A stretch of DNA of 64,000 nt, taken from assembly GCA_023213395.1 (NCBI GenBank), contig CM041465.1, positions 156,371,741 through 156,435,740 on the forward strand, read 5' to 3'. Under the pieces are notes generated by a model. It was given only the letters and a program-made list of their open reading frames with translations. It searched no databases and was not told the origin of the DNA. Shown here piece by piece: positions 1 to 13,487 of the stretch. This DNA is from Cycas panzhihuaensis (lineage: Eukaryota > Plantae > Cycadophyta). Every line of letters starts with the position of its first letter. The first letter of the stretch is position 1. A program made the translations under genes and the position numbers.

Positions 1-1754
1 ATTGAAAAATTTTGATTTTGCATTTAATCTCCAATTCAACTTGTGCCTTAAATTCCTTGAAGTAATCTAAAACTTCTGATTTATTGAAGAGAAAATAAAC
101 CCAAGGTCTTCTGGAAAAATCATCAATGAAGGTAAGCAAGCACCTTGCACCATTTATTAAGTTTGGTGTTATTGGTCCACATAAATTAGTATGGACTAAT
201 TATAACCTTTTAGGTGCTCTTTTGGAAAGGAGCTCAATGTTGTTTTCCCATCATACATCTTTTGCATATAAAAGAGTCAAAAGGCATTTCAGGAAGACCA
301 ATCACCATATTAGAATTTTTTAATAATTCTAATCATTTGTTTGCAATGTGTCCATACTTAAATGCCAAATTTTATTAATGGAGTTGTTAACAACAAAAGA
401 TTTTATAGATTGAATAGGCAGAATATGAGTGAAAGTCAATTTATAGAGATTGTCAATTTCAACTCCTTCTGCAATTACAATCCAGTCATTTTTCCTTAAT
501 TGGGATATAAATAAAAGGTTTCTTTTTATACCTAGAACATAAAGAACTTCTCCAAATTTTTAAATTTTATTATTGATCAAGACAACAATTATTCCTTTCC
601 CTTTAATTTGTAAAGGAAATTCATTACTGAGTTCAATAGTTTTGTTGATGAAGTATGGTCTCGGCATCTCAAATTAATCTCTTCTCCCAGTCATATGATT
701 GGATGCTTTAGAGTCTATGTACTAGTCTTCATTTTTGCAGGTGTGCTTGGACAAGGCAATGATAAAGGCAGTTTCTTCATCTTCATCTTCTACCTATTTG
801 TGGTTGTAATTTCCTTCTACACTCTTGCCTCTTTGAATGTCAGCCTATTTTTATGGACAACGATTGGAAGAGTGTCATGTTCTCCCACAGTAGTAACAAT
901 TTGGCAAATTATGCATTCTACAATCATTAGCAAGATGTCCATACCTTCTACAGTGGAAACATACTCTGGATTCTCTAAATGAAGATCTGCCTCTTCCTTA
1001 TAACATCCATGGAGTTCTTCCTCATCCTTTAGGAGACCAGGTGAATTTGGTTGTAGTCCTAGTCCACCCTCTAGTAGATCTTCTCTATCCTCTCATTGTA
1101 CTTCTAGATCGTCTCTTGCTTTCTAGGCTCAATTTTGAGAGAAAGGCCTCTTTGATGTCGATTTCCTCTTCATATCTTTTATTCCTTTGTTCTTGCTACA
1201 ACATGTACCCTGTCAAAATGTCAAAGGACATATTGGCTATATGCCCTCTAATGGTAAGTGTGTTTACCATAGTATCAAACAATTTTGGCAATTTATTGAT
1301 TGTTAGGCAGACAAGCTCGGAGTTAGCTATGGTCTCTCCTGTAGAGGCTAAACTATTCTTAATCTCAACAATCTTGGTTATGAAATTTGAGATACTTTCT
1401 CCTTCTTTGAGATGAACCTTGTATAGATGCTCTGGAAGAGATATTATTTGAGCTTTATTTTCTTGGCTAGAAAGTGAGGTTAAAATTCTTCAAGCCTCTG
1501 GGGAAGTAGTGGTTGTGCCTATGTGGCTTAACAGCACCACCCCACCCCCCTAGATAACATAATTACAACCAATGCAATTCTACCTCTTTCTTCCTAGCTA
1601 ATTACATCCACTATGTCAGTGGGTTTAGCTTCTTTCCCTGTGACTATATCCCATGTATTTTGGCCATTAAAAGCCCTTCCATTTTCAATTTTCATATGCT
1701 ATAGTTCTAGCCTATAAGTTTATCAGACTTCCCAAGTGAAAAAATTAAAGCCAT
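1..1754 (-). pseudogene. Copia A gag-protease-integrase remnant
   Basis: ATG at 1754 begins MALIFSLGKSDKLIG*NYSI*KLKMEG, similar to the gag N-termini of elements B and D. Many stops and frameshifts. Confidence 0.82.
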
Positions 1755-2473
1755 TTGAGCTGATTTATTGTATATGATGATGAATTTTCAAGCAAAAGTG
1801 TAAAACTGTGTGTAGGCCATTCGATCATACGATTGTACAGATTTGTACAGGGGGGAACAATTGTACGGAGTTATTTAAAAAAAAAAAGATAGTGGCCTTA
1901 AAAGAAAGCTAAGATTATGCCCTTCTCAAATCTACAAAAACTTTAAAAAAATCAAATTTTGAATTTTTCAGAAATCAACCTGAAAGTGGTATGATCAAAT
2001 AAGGTTTTTGAGGGGAAAAATAAAGCTTGAAACTCTTCAAATCTCAAATGAAATTCAATAAACTCACATCCAAATGAAAGATATTACTTGATCAAAGGGT
2101 TTAGGATAGATTTTACTTGAAATTCCAAATAAATCTGAGAAAAAAATGAGATTGAAGATTTAAATGGGTGTCCATAAAAATCTATGATATCCTGCTTAAC
2201 AAAGAAGGTTTTGAACTTGTGGCTTTGGAATAGTTTGATCTCCTCAACAAGACTAATCTACCCACCAAATTTTATTAAATTCTGAGCACTTCAAAATTTC
2301 TTCGTTTATATAGGTCTATATAGTTCAGTACTGTTTTGTACAACAATTAATAGGGCCAAATAGCATCTTTTTCTTCTATAGATCCTTTTTAACACTTTCC
2401 TCAAATGAAATCCTTCAAAAAATTTGAATCTATCTTCTATCAAGCTTAATTTAGCAAACCTGCTCTAATACCA

Positions 2474-2685
2474 TGTCAAGACAACAAATGATTGATGAAG
2501 ATAATATTGCAATGCATTAATGAGAGAGAGAAACTCTCGCATAAATGCATCATGTGTACATATTAAGGATAATGCACATAGGCCAAGTGTCAATAATACA
2601 ATAAAGAGGGGTTGGACACATAACCCTCAAGTTAACTTTAGAATATAATAATACATACAAAAGATAGAACATTATTCCTCTAACA
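2474..2685 (-). repeat. 5' LTR of Copia A (212 bp)
   Basis: TGTCAAG...CTAACA directly beside the PBS. The partner LTR is outside the window, so the outer boundary is unconfirmed. Confidence 0.75.
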
Positions 2686-4441
2686 CTCACCATTTTCCCT
2701 CATTAAATCAAAGCATTGTAAATCACCTATGCTTGGATGAAGTAATGGCTTCCCTTCCTTTGAGTAAATCATCTTGATTTCAAGATTAATATCTTTCCTT
2801 TCTACAATTTTATCAAATTCTTTCTGATGATACTTGATACCAAGCTTAATCTCAATCATGATTTATTCTCCTTCAAAAAGCTCTTTATCAAAAATTCAAA
2901 GCAATATCACAAGAAATAGTGTTAAAGTTTCAGATTACCTTTAACACCTTAAAATATCCCTTTTAACTTGCAATTTTCTTCACATTACGTGCTCCAAGCT
3001 TACTTCACTAGCAAAAACTTCATTAATAATTATGATAACAATTCACAAGGCAATGTTTTATCAACTAATCACTAGCACATTTTTACAATAAATGCATGTC
3101 CAAGTCTATTATCTTTATTGCCCACTACTTCACACTTCTGTTCATGAGTCATCAAATTTGCTAAGTGTGAATGTATTGTTCTTTCTACATGGGACACCTT
3201 TTTGATCTATAACATTTTATAGATGATGTGATAAAAGCTTATGAAATGATGATCTTACATGCCTTTATTTGCATGATTTTGTAATTAATGTAGGTCACAG
3301 CTTCCACCCATTCCGTATTACGCATTCTCTCATATCAATTAGGTTTTTACTTACTCATTTCCATTTTCCTAAGGTGCAAAGTTATATGTAGTAAGATATG
3401 TTCCTTCAAACCTTTTTGCACTTCCCTATTTGACTTATCATTCAACATTTGAGAGAGGATTTGTGCAATGTGAAGTCACACGGTGGGACCCATCCTTTAT
3501 AACATTTTTAGTATCTTAAACTCTTTGTAATTATACATTGTTAGACTTCACATGTCTTTATGATTTTATAAGTCAAGACACAGGCTATGAAATGCGAAGG
3601 CTCCCCTTCAAATCAACCATAATTTTGCATCCCACAAAATCAATTATCACTTTCAATCTCAACTTGTAGGTGAACTAGTGGAGTGTGAAGAGGAAGTTAT
3701 TTCTCCTTATGGGGCTTGGATGGTTTATTTCGCCTTTATCATTTCACATTTCGTCAACTTGTATAGCACTAAACATTTCACACTCATAGTGAAACTATGA
3801 AGAGCAAAGGAGCGAGGGGTGGGCATGGGGCACAAATATTAACCATTGTTATATTGAGGGTTTGAGTGGCTTTTGATTTGAAACCACACAAAGTCTAGCT
3901 TGGTTGACGTGACTAATTTTGCTCCCAGCTTCTTTGATAGCCTATTGTAACATTCTAATTTGGAAGGGCTTTGAAAAGTGCAAAGTATGAAAATGATGAT
4001 ATTAGCAAACCACCTGTACACTCATTATTTCTTTGGAGAGGCTTGTAATCCTAACTCCTTTTCAAGTATTTGATATCTCAAATACTGCATACTTCTATTT
4101 CCAATTCTCAAACTACACCAATTTAATTTAAAGAACTCAAAGAATGACACTTTAACAAAATTTTTAAAATTTTGAAGTACCCAGGCAAGGGTAACATTAT
4201 TGTTGTTCTTGTTGATCTTTGAATTCTCTATCTTGGTTTTCTTCTCACTCAACTTGTTGAGTTCTTTGCTCCTTTAAAGATGTTCCAAACCTTCTCTTTG
4301 ATACCTCATTAGATACTCTTTTGGATGGGCCATTGCCTTGGGCTTAATGTCTCTTCATGAAGCCTCATCCCCTATGATATCACCATTCAAGAACACTCCT
4401 TGCCTTGGTTGCTAATAACACAAAATAACATACATATAACT

Positions 4442-4668
4442 TGTTAATTTAATGCAAAGAAATTTAGAATCAAAAAACAGATGTGTGAATAGACTTGTAT
4501 TGCATTGAGGAGATGATCTCCTTAAATATACATTGAATCTTGTAACCGTTGAACTTTGGTTTATAACTGACTCTTCCAATAGTGACACATGTCACCGTTA
4601 TAAGTTACATAACAAGGGTTTATCACATTGCCCTTTGTAATACTTAGATAAAACATTACCTCCTAACA
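4442..4668 (-). repeat. 3' LTR of Copia B
   Basis: Direct repeat of 8421-8653 with TG...CA ends. Confidence 0.95.
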
Positions 4669-4676
4669 CCCTCTCG

Positions 4677-6291
4677 TAATGCTTTAGCTTTTTTAGTCCT
4701 ATCTTGTCTCTCAAAATCTAGAAATTTTCTTTTCCAAGAGGTTTTGTTAGCAGATCTGCAATTTGTTCCACAGTAGGACAGTATTCTAACTTGATTTCTT
4801 TGTTGTGAATCTTTTCCTTTATAAAGTGGTGGTGCACTTCTATGTGCTTGGTTATAGCATGAAGAATTGGATTCTTGGTCAATTTAATATCACTCTGATT
4901 GTCACAGTGCAGAATTGTTGCTTGATTTTGTTGTTGATTCAAATCAAGAAGAAGTTGTCGTAGCCAAATTGCTTCACATGTTGCGATTCTGACGCCTTAT
5001 ATTCGACTTGATTGATGAGAGTGCAATCAGAGGTTATTTTTTGCTACACCAAGAAACTGCAGCTGAGCCCAAGAAGAAGCAATAACTACTCGTGGATTTC
5101 CTCTACCCCTTGTCTCCTGCCCAATTTGAGTCACAGTATCCTATCAGTTCTGCTGGTCCTTCTCAGGGATAGATCAATTTTAGATCTATTGTTTGTTGTA
5201 GATATCTCAGTATCCTTCTAGCAACTTTCCAGTGTCTTACTTTAGGTTCCTGCATGTATCTCGAGACTACTCCAACTGAGTATGATATGTCTGATCTGGT
5301 GGCTGTGAGATATATGGAACTTCCAATCAGTTGTCTGTACGAGGTGATGTCAACTGATTATTCTCCTTCATATGCTATCATGTTGCAATTTATTTCCATG
5401 AGCATTGCACAGGAATTACAATCCATCATCCTGAATTTGATTAACAAGTCCTTTAGGAATCTTTGAGACAGGGAAATGTGATTCTGTTGTTGACTTACCT
5501 CCAATCCTAGATAGTAGTTAAGGAGACCTAGATCTATCATTTCAAATTTCTTTTCTAGTTGCTTCTTTATCTCTATGATTGATTCCTCATCATTTCCTAT
5601 GAGAATCATATCATCTATGTAGACAACAATTATTGTGATTAGTCCATTCCTTTTCCTTGTATATAAGCTGGAATCTGAGCTGAAATGTCAAAATCCATTC
5701 TAACATAGATGCTGGCCCAATTTGGCATACCAAGCACAAGGGGCCTGTTTTAGTCCATATAGTGCTTTTTTTAATTTACACACCAAATGATCTTGTCTCT
5801 CTTTGATGTATCCTTTAGGTTGTGCTATGTAGATTTCTTCTTCTAGGTCTCCATTTAAGAATGCACTTTTTACATCTAACTGAAAGATTTTCCAATTATG
5901 TAATGCTGCTAGTGCAATAAGAGTTCTTACTGTATCTAGCTTGGCTACAGGAGAAAAGGTTTCTTCAAAATTGACTCCAGTCATTTGGATGTATCCTTTT
6001 ATGACAAGTCAAGCCTTGTGTTTTTCAACTTTTCCACTAGCCCCTTCTTTGATTTTATATATCCATTTGTAGTTTACCACTGGCTTGTTGGGAGGAAGTT
6101 CTACTAAGTCCCATGTTTGATTTTTGATAATCGAATCCATTTCAGAGTCCATGGCTTTTTTCCATTTCGGTTGACCTTGTGCTTCTTGGAAAGATTGTGG
6201 TTCGATTCGGCTGAGCAAGGCTCTCGGCTTTAGACTTCTTGTTTTATGTTCAAGCACGTTTCCTCCTCCTTCTTAAACTATTTTGATAAAC
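4677..6291 (-). pseudogene. Copia B reverse transcriptase / RNase H remnant
   Basis: ORF pieces 6009-6257, 5700-5984 (FQLDVKSAFLNGDL, KKALYGLKQAP), 5358-5609 and 4718-4942 (CDNQS, TKHIEVHHHF). Confidence 0.93.
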
Positions 6292-7320
6292 TGTAGCGAT
6301 CTAGTTCTACTTTTATAGCAATTTTCCTCAAAAATACAGGTAATAATCTAAAAAACACAATAACTAGATGCTATTCAATAAGAAAATGAACAAGGAACAT
6401 GAATTACATAATCCACAGAAGTAAATAATAATCTTTATTGTCAAATAATACCAAAATAGAGTGAAATTATAACAAAATACCAGTCTTTCCTAAAGAAGTG
6501 AGCTTCCCTCTTTGAGGCGAGGAACCCTCCAAACTGCAGCTCCCAAATGGGCGAGCTAATTGCAGCGCTATAACTGAAAATGCGCAACCAAAGAACCTCC
6601 GACGATGGTTTGGGATGCGGCCCAAACTTCCTATTTATAGCAATCAAAATACTTCAATTAGAAGTCGGCCAAACTGGGTGATATTCTTCTTAATAGTGTT
6701 CAAATAGAAGTCGGCCAAAACTTCTTCAAAATTGGAAAGCTAACTTTAAATGGTCATAACTTTTGATATAGATGTCAGAATTGACTTTCATTTGAACTGT
6801 TGGAATCATCATTCAAAGACCTTTGATTTGAATGGTAATAAGCTATATTTTTGAAAATATTTTGGAATGTTACAATTCCCTCCCCTTAAAAACATGCTTT
6901 GCCCTCAAAGCATTGGTAAGGGCCTGCATCTATTCTTCAAACTCCTACGTTGCATCTTTAAGCTCCAATGTCTTCCATTTGATGAGATATTCTTTCATTA
7001 TCCTGGATCATAAATTCTTGTCCCTAGTCTTCAGTATTCCCTCATGTTCCACTATCATCATTCCTTCTTCATCCCGTGTTGGTAAATTCGTTTGTGGAGC
7101 CTCCCTTTCGCCCAACATTTTCTTTAAACAAGACACATGGAAGATATTGCGGATTTTGCTTTTTGGTGGCAATTTTAACTGATCTATTGTGTGTTCCAAT
7201 TCCCTTTTTGGTGGCAGTCCTTGGTGTTCTTCAAAAACTCCTTGATGTTCTTCTAAGATTGCTTGAATCTTTGGAGGAACATTTTTTATTTCTACTTTGT
7301 AACATAACATTATATACGCT
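6292..7320 (-). mobile_element. Gypsy chromovirus fragment: 3' LTR (6292-6874), PPT, chromodomain tail and a stub preceding RT
   Basis: TGTAGC...GTTACA LTR and PPT GGGGAGGGAAT (6875-6885). ORF 7008-7310 has GLPPKRELEHTID fused to LKLPPKSKIRNIFHVSCLKK, then EYLIKWK...DAT*E. Confidence 0.85.
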
Positions 7321-7366
7321 TGCTATTTCATTTTCCAATAAAGAATCAAGGAAAGAAAAGAAATTA

Positions 7367-7753
7367 CTATATAACATTATATACGGTTACTATTTCATTT
7401 TCCTTCATGTGCAATTTGTACAACGCTTCCTTAAGGGCAAATATTCGTGCCTTATTCTTTTGGTCGAAAAGATTTTCAAAACATTTCCAAATGGCTGAGG
7501 TAGAGTTCAATTTTTCCACATATACCAAAAGGGAATCTGAAACAAAGAGTTTGAAAATGATTACTCCCGTATTGTCTGTTTCCAACCAACTAAGTAGAGA
7601 CGTACTTGCATCATCTAGCTTGGTTTCCATGCCAATGGCAATATTCCAAATATTTCTCGCCCTCAAAAGTGTTTCAATTTTTATTTTCCAAATATGATAA
7701 TTGCTACCAGTAAGTATATCTTGATCAACCAGACCAAGGATAGGAGACGCCAT
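7367..7753 (-). pseudogene. Copia B gag N-terminal part, truncated
   Basis: LTGSNYHIWKIKIETLLRARNIW is a Copia gag N-terminal motif, closely similar to ORF 52130-52642 of element D. Confidence 0.92.
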
Positions 7754-8420
7754 TTATGATAGGAGAAATCTATTCTAAACAGGCTAACTGTACAATTGTA
7801 CGGATTTCCGTGCAAAATCCTAACCGTACAGATCCAAACAAAGTGTACCTTGAAAGAAAGGTTTTCTCACGTTGATTTTAGATCTGAAATTATTTTCCAG
7901 AAACAGTCTCTCAATTTGGACAAAAATTGCCAGAAACAGAGGAGTTGCGGCTAGGGTTTAGATGCAAAAATGCTTCTAAAAGCCAAAATACTTCACACAA
8001 AGACTCGAAACTAGTTCCAATCCCTTCAAAATGATAATACACAAGAGTAGAGCAGACGTTACTCGATTAAATTCAAAGATTCAAGTGATTTTTGTAGTGT
8101 TCCTCCTGAAACTTGTGTGGACTATTTCCTGCCAAAAACTGCCTCGAGATGGCCTCAGATGAAGTCGATCTAGTTGGAAAGTGTGATGAGCACGTCAAGA
8201 TCTACCTCTCCACCAAGTTTCGTCGACTTCTAAGAATTTTGAGTTTTTTGGTCCATACGATTTCCATACAGGTCCGTACACAGAAAATTTAATGGAGTAA
8301 TTCCTTTCCAGACAATTTCCAATCTTATGTCTTCTTCTTGAAGACTCTGAGCTTTTGAAACAATCACCAAACAATTAAATTCCTCTCTCCAGATGAGCAG
8401 TCAGACCTGCTCTGATACCA

Positions 8421-8653
8421 TGTTAATTTAATGCAAAGAAATTTAGAATTAGAAAACAGATGTATGAATAGACTTGTCTTGCATTGAGGATATGATCTCC
8501 TTAAATATACATTGAATCTTATAACTGTTGAATGTTGGTTTGTAACCAACTCTTCCAGCAGTGACACATGTCAGCATTATAAGTATAAGTTACATAACAA
8601 GGGTTTATCACATTACCCTTTGTAATACTTAGATAAAACATTACTTCCTAACA
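8421..8653 (-). repeat. 5' LTR of Copia B
   Basis: Direct repeat of 4442-4668, adjacent to the PBS. Confidence 0.95.
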
Positions 8654-11600
8654 TAACTATCCTATAAAGTAAATGGAAAGTTTTCATACTATATCATATA
8701 AAGTATGCAATGAAAGTTAAAATGAAAATAAGGCAAGAAGTACAATGTAAATCATTCAATAATAGACATTGAGATATTGGTATGCATGTTGTAAATACCA
8801 CTGTAGAAAACTTTAATGTGCATTGCACCTAGCAATCTATTGCTAAAAAGAAATGGCCACCCACTATTGTTACCATTTCCATTCCATGCAATATCCTAAT
8901 CCACACGGTACCACCTTCACTAGTGCTAATGTAATAGTAATGACAAGGTCTCCCTTCCTAACTAACCAGTCCACCAGCATTCACTAGGATTAGTCCTTCT
9001 GTGAGACCACCTTGGAGCATCTTCTATATCTATACCTAACTCCTATGGATCCCACTTGCCAAGGTGCAAATTCCATGTATGGTGTAAGGATTAAGTTGTA
9101 GCACAACCTTGTGGATAATTGATTATTGCTTAGTGGGGTGTAGCCTGTATTCGCCTCTCCAGATTACCTTTCCATGGGATTCGGTCCATTAAATCATAAT
9201 TAAGGATCTTACATTCCTCCAAGGGAACATTCTCTCACGCTTAGGTCACCAACCCATATAAGAGCAAGGTGCTCTATGGCACTTAGATAATCCAATCCAT
9301 GATTCTCCAACATAATTGTACTTTCCATGTTCATGGCCAAACATGACCCATAACATCATACATGGTAGTAAAGAAATAAATAAAATAAATAAGTATGTTA
9401 TAATCGTAAGTCCATTTTCCATATTTCCTTTCACAACATAACAATAAAGAAAACCATGTCTGTATGCATGTTAAACATAGAAATTCAATGCATACCTACT
9501 GGATTAAATTTTAAATAAAAATATGGATAATTAAAGGAGAGTATGGCAACCGATCTGAAATTACAATTTAAAATATGATATAAGAACAATCCTAAAAATG
9601 GGCCTAGTCATAAAGCATGGATGTACAACCATAAGACCCTATTTTGAGCTAATTGTATGGTTGTGCATACGATCCATATAGCCTACTATACACATAGCCA
9701 TTCTATTACCATTATGAGAAGATGCATAGTCTTATGTGGTACTTGTAAAACCTATTCTTAAGGCAATCATATGGTATTGTTTAGCGAGCATGCAACCTAA
9801 GATTTGGGTAGTTATATGGCCTATGGGCGCAGGCATATGGCCATGCTATATCCAAGCCACATGGTTCATAAAACAAATTGTACAGTTACAGAAAGATTCT
9901 AGAAAAATAATGAGGAAATAGGGTTAGGGGCTAGGAGAAAAAGAGAGTTCCTCATAAGAAATGATGGGAAAAAAAAACATAGTGCATGGTGAGGTGTCTA
10001 AAACATGTTCCTCCCTTGGCCTCCTTTGATATATTTACTTGTTCAATAAGTTATCCACTTGCCTTCAATAGTTGAACTTGAATCCTCTTTAGGTCTAGGT
10101 CTTGCTCCATAAGCATCCTCTTTGATCTTGCTTCTCCCCTTCTTCACATCTGCTTATGAGAATAGAATGATTTTATCTTTTATCCCATCATATATTTATA
10201 TATGAGATATTTTTTTAATAATCCTCCTTGGGGGATTCTAGAAAGAGTATTCAATAAGATTCTCTCCCTTGGTATTTATGCAATTCATTGCATAATACCC
10301 TTTTAAGGTATTTTTAACTTAAAATGCTCATCCCTAAGTGTTTTAAGGTCTATTTTTTGTTACATAATGCACTTGTTTGCCTTTTCAAAATTGGATTTAC
10401 GTTCTTTCTTTTTTGGTTCTTTAAGTGGCATCAGAAAGTCCCCTATTTGGCCATTTATATTTTAGAACTTGCCATGATTATGGTACCCAAATTTTTTGCT
10501 TGTTTTTACATACACTCCTGTATATGTTTCATTGTTAGTTTAATCATATTTTTAGATTCAATTTCTCTATTTTTCCCTTTCAATGGTTGTAGGCAATAGA
10601 ACCAATGTTAACATAACATCGGCACCATATGATTGCCCCAAGGTCAACTTAGTACTATGCTATGGGTGGTGAACATGACTATAGAAGTGATTTGCTCATA
10701 TGTCTATGTCTTGCACACAACGAAATCCCTCACAAGGACTCCTACAAATTGCCATCAACATAGAAACCCACACCATAAACAAATAACACAAGCATATATA
10801 GAACTAATTGTCTTGGTTCTCCCATTGAACCAAATGTGAGAGTACTCATATAAGCCTTCCAAAGGGTCACAAACTATGAGATGAAGTGGCCCTTGGTTTA
10901 TAATATACAACTCTTTCTTACATTAATGCGATAGCTATTAGGTGACTATTAGATTTTACATAACATTAAGTCATCCACACTTAATGACTTGTTGCTTACC
11001 CATATTAACTCATTGTAACTAACCAAGGACATACACTTTAGCTAGTGCACATTGTTGTTCTCCCTTTACTCATTATTGTAGACCCTTGCATATTATGATT
11101 TGGACCATTTTGTTCCATTCTACCAAGATTGATTGTCCAAGGAATGTTAAGTTTGTTATTTGGTTGACCTCCCATGAAATATGTGATTCTACCTTATTAG
11201 CATGGATCATACATCCTATAGTTTACACCTTCATTCTTAGTTTGTTTGCATTTGTTTGCTTGTTGTCCAAACTCTGGCATATAAAAGCCATCAAGAAGAA
11301 CCCAAGCAAAAGTGGACACATGGCTTAGCAAAACTTGCCATGTTGTGGCATCTATACCTCCCATAAAGAAATGAGACCAATGCATGTTTTACCATTGTGT
11401 TGGTTTATTCTTCCTTTCCTTGGAGGTTGGTCTCAAGCTATTGGTCATCTATTAATTTTACACCTTGGTATGTCCTTCATATGTACATTTCCAAGCAACC
11501 AAGAATATCCACTCTTATTATCAATGAATAATTTTGTCTTTTGTCGAATCATTCCTAGTTATAAGAGGCCACTTTTAGTCATAGTACAAAGTAATATTTT

Positions 11601-11698
11601 TATAATCATATTTTACTTACAAAAATAATTGTCCTAGTGGCCATTCAAAATATAAAAACAAATAATCATTACCAAAAAAAAGGTTTTAACTAACATAC

Positions 11699-11842
11699 AT
11701 TAACAATAGCTAGAGCAGCAGTAATAGGATCCTTAATACCAAACACACTCCATATAAGTGAGTTGTCAGAGCCTGCAGGAATAATTCCAATAGGAATAGA
11801 GCGGATTTTCTCATCTTCTTTGCTAAGAAGCCCATTTAACAC
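11699..11842 (-). CDS. LCBK1: Internal exon (144 nt, 48 codons) of a sphingoid long-chain-base kinase (LCBK1-like, DAGK catalytic domain)
   Basis: Encodes VLNGLLSKEDEKIRSIPIGIIPAGSDNSLIWSVFGIKDPITAALAIVN, with the IPAGSDNSL motif of plant LCBK1. Acceptor ttatgcag| and donor |gtatgt; no stop codons. Confidence 0.85.
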
Positions 11843-11944
11843 CTGCATAATAACATTTGGGTAATTGTACAAGGGATACAACATCAAAATCAATGGAAAT
11901 AGGAAACTTACTACTACCCTAGTTGAGTGAATGCTTTTGCTCAC

Positions 11945-11982
11945 CTCATTGATGATTCCATCCCCTCCTATGCATACAATAC
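11945..11982 (-). CDS. LCBK1: Upstream short exon (38 nt) of the same LCBK1-like gene
   Basis: ttatgtag|GT ATT GTA TGC ATA GGA GGG GAT GGA ATC ATC AAT GAG|gtgagc reads (G)IVCIGGDGIINE, the ATP-binding GGDG motif. A 102-nt GT-AG intron (11843-11944) joins it in frame to VLNGLL. Confidence 0.87.
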
Positions 11983-12199
11983 CTACATAACTATGTCATT
12001 CATTAATTAAGCATTGAATTTAATCATATCTTACACAAAGTCAAAAGACCTAACACTTATAAAACAAATATATTGTACAAGAAAGAATTGATATAAAATA
12101 AAGCATACTAGTCATTGGCAATGGAATCAAAATGTTATATCTAGGTGCACTACACACAATAAACTCAATAGTTTATGAAACCATTATATGCTAATGTAG

Positions 12200-12227
12200 A
12201 TATATATATATATATATATATATATAT
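12200..12227. repeat. (AT)14 microsatellite
   Basis: Perfect dinucleotide run. Confidence 0.95.
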
Positions 12228-13487
12228 CTTAAATTATAGATAACTCATAAACAATTTACTCCTTGCTAGTTAATCAAATTTGAAATAATCAACATAGATA
12301 ATATAATCATTCATACATCATAGACTATAGGAAAATTTTGAAGACAAAATTCACAAAAATTGAGAGTGTAATACAGCTCTTATTATTATATTCATGTTTA
12401 ATCATCCATAACATCATTAAACTCAACACTTTACCAACACCATAAAAATCATCAAAATCATTGGGATCTTGTTGAGAAGTAGAAGTAGATGCAAAAGAGT
12501 TATCAAGATCACTATCATTGTCAACAACTAGTATAATTGGTAGATGCAATGATTTATTAGCAAATGTTAATCCTTGTAAATCCAAGCCTTAGTCTTTGGT
12601 TGTTATAGAATCACCCCTAGTACCTACATAGTTACTAGTCTAGCGTACAATATACAAGAACATATATGAGTTAGATGCAGAAGGACAACAAGTACAAAGC
12701 AGAAAACTAGGTGGAAGAAATGACAATTTAAGCTAATATGACTCATGGTATGGGAACACAATTTCTTACAAGGAGAATACAGCCATTAGGGAAACTACAT
12801 ACATATTGTCCCCAACTATGCTATCATGAATCTCAACCCTAGGTTTCTATAAATGATATACATACAAATATCTTAATTAGGAAATTAACCATTTAATTTA
12901 ACTAGCATACAATAAGGGAATGAGTTTCATGTTAAGAATTAGAATGAGAAGTTAGAGTAATGTAATAATAAACCTACTATTAGGCATTTGTATACATATT
13001 TTACCCTAGTCTCATTCAGCTAGAAGTGTGACCACTTCATGGTGTATCATGTCCACCTACTGCAATGGCCATCTCTATGGTGATGCTCCCACACATCAGA
13101 TTTAGGAATGGTGTCCTTATCTTATTTTTGGGCATGGGATCATCTCCCATAGGGTGGTTTCCTGATTGGTGCATTAGAGCTCATCCATCAAAGCAAGGAG
13201 GGGGCACCTCAAGTTGTTTGGCTTCAATATGGTGGTTTAATTATAGAGGCAAATTTAGTCACCTTTTCAAATGTGGATCACTAATTATCATTTAAATTTG
13301 GAGATCCTAGTCTCAAGGGTGCCTTGACCTTGTAGTCCATCCCCATGGACATGCCACTCACCAATCCATCCTTGTGGTATTGGTGCCAAAACTATCCTCA
13401 TGGATTTGAATCTTAGGGTTCCAAGTTCATCTGTGGCAATGACAGATAGATCTCTTGGGAAGGAAAAGACAAAATAGAGCAAATATG

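Larger units (their letters stand above)
1..2685 (-). mobile_element. Ty1/Copia LTR retrotransposon A, 5' half (runs off the left edge), decayed
   Basis: LTR 2474-2685 (TG...CA) adjoins a tRNA-iMet PBS (minus TGGTATTAGAGCA, 2461-2473). The minus strand carries gag, a zinc knuckle, a protease remnant and the integrase start (LVHTNLCGP...LTFIDDF near 120-200). Confidence 0.88.
4442..8653 (-). mobile_element. Ty1/Copia element B with paired LTRs; middle replaced by a Gypsy fragment
   Basis: LTRs 4442-4668 and 8421-8653, perfect TSD TAACT (4437-4441 and 8654-8658), PBS TGGTATCAGAGC (8409-8420), PPT GAGAGGG (4669-4675). Confidence 0.95.

Noticed and set aside
695-1415. Hydrophobic plus-strand ORFs 695-982 and 1041-1415
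   Set aside because: Antisense shadows of Copia A gag; the same applies to most short antisense ORFs in the track
8654-11600. Possible old repeat or LTR remnants between B and the kinase exons (also 2686-4441 and 12600-13487)
   Set aside because: No paired termini, TSD, PBS or protein motif could be established by eye, so left unannotated
11690-11944. 84-aa ORF as a standalone gene
   Set aside because: Its first 34 codons are intron read-through; only 11699-11842 is exon
12325-12585. Acidic, Ser-rich ORF, possibly another exon or a DNA-transposase tail
   Set aside because: No recognisable motif or convincing splice pair; needs a homology search
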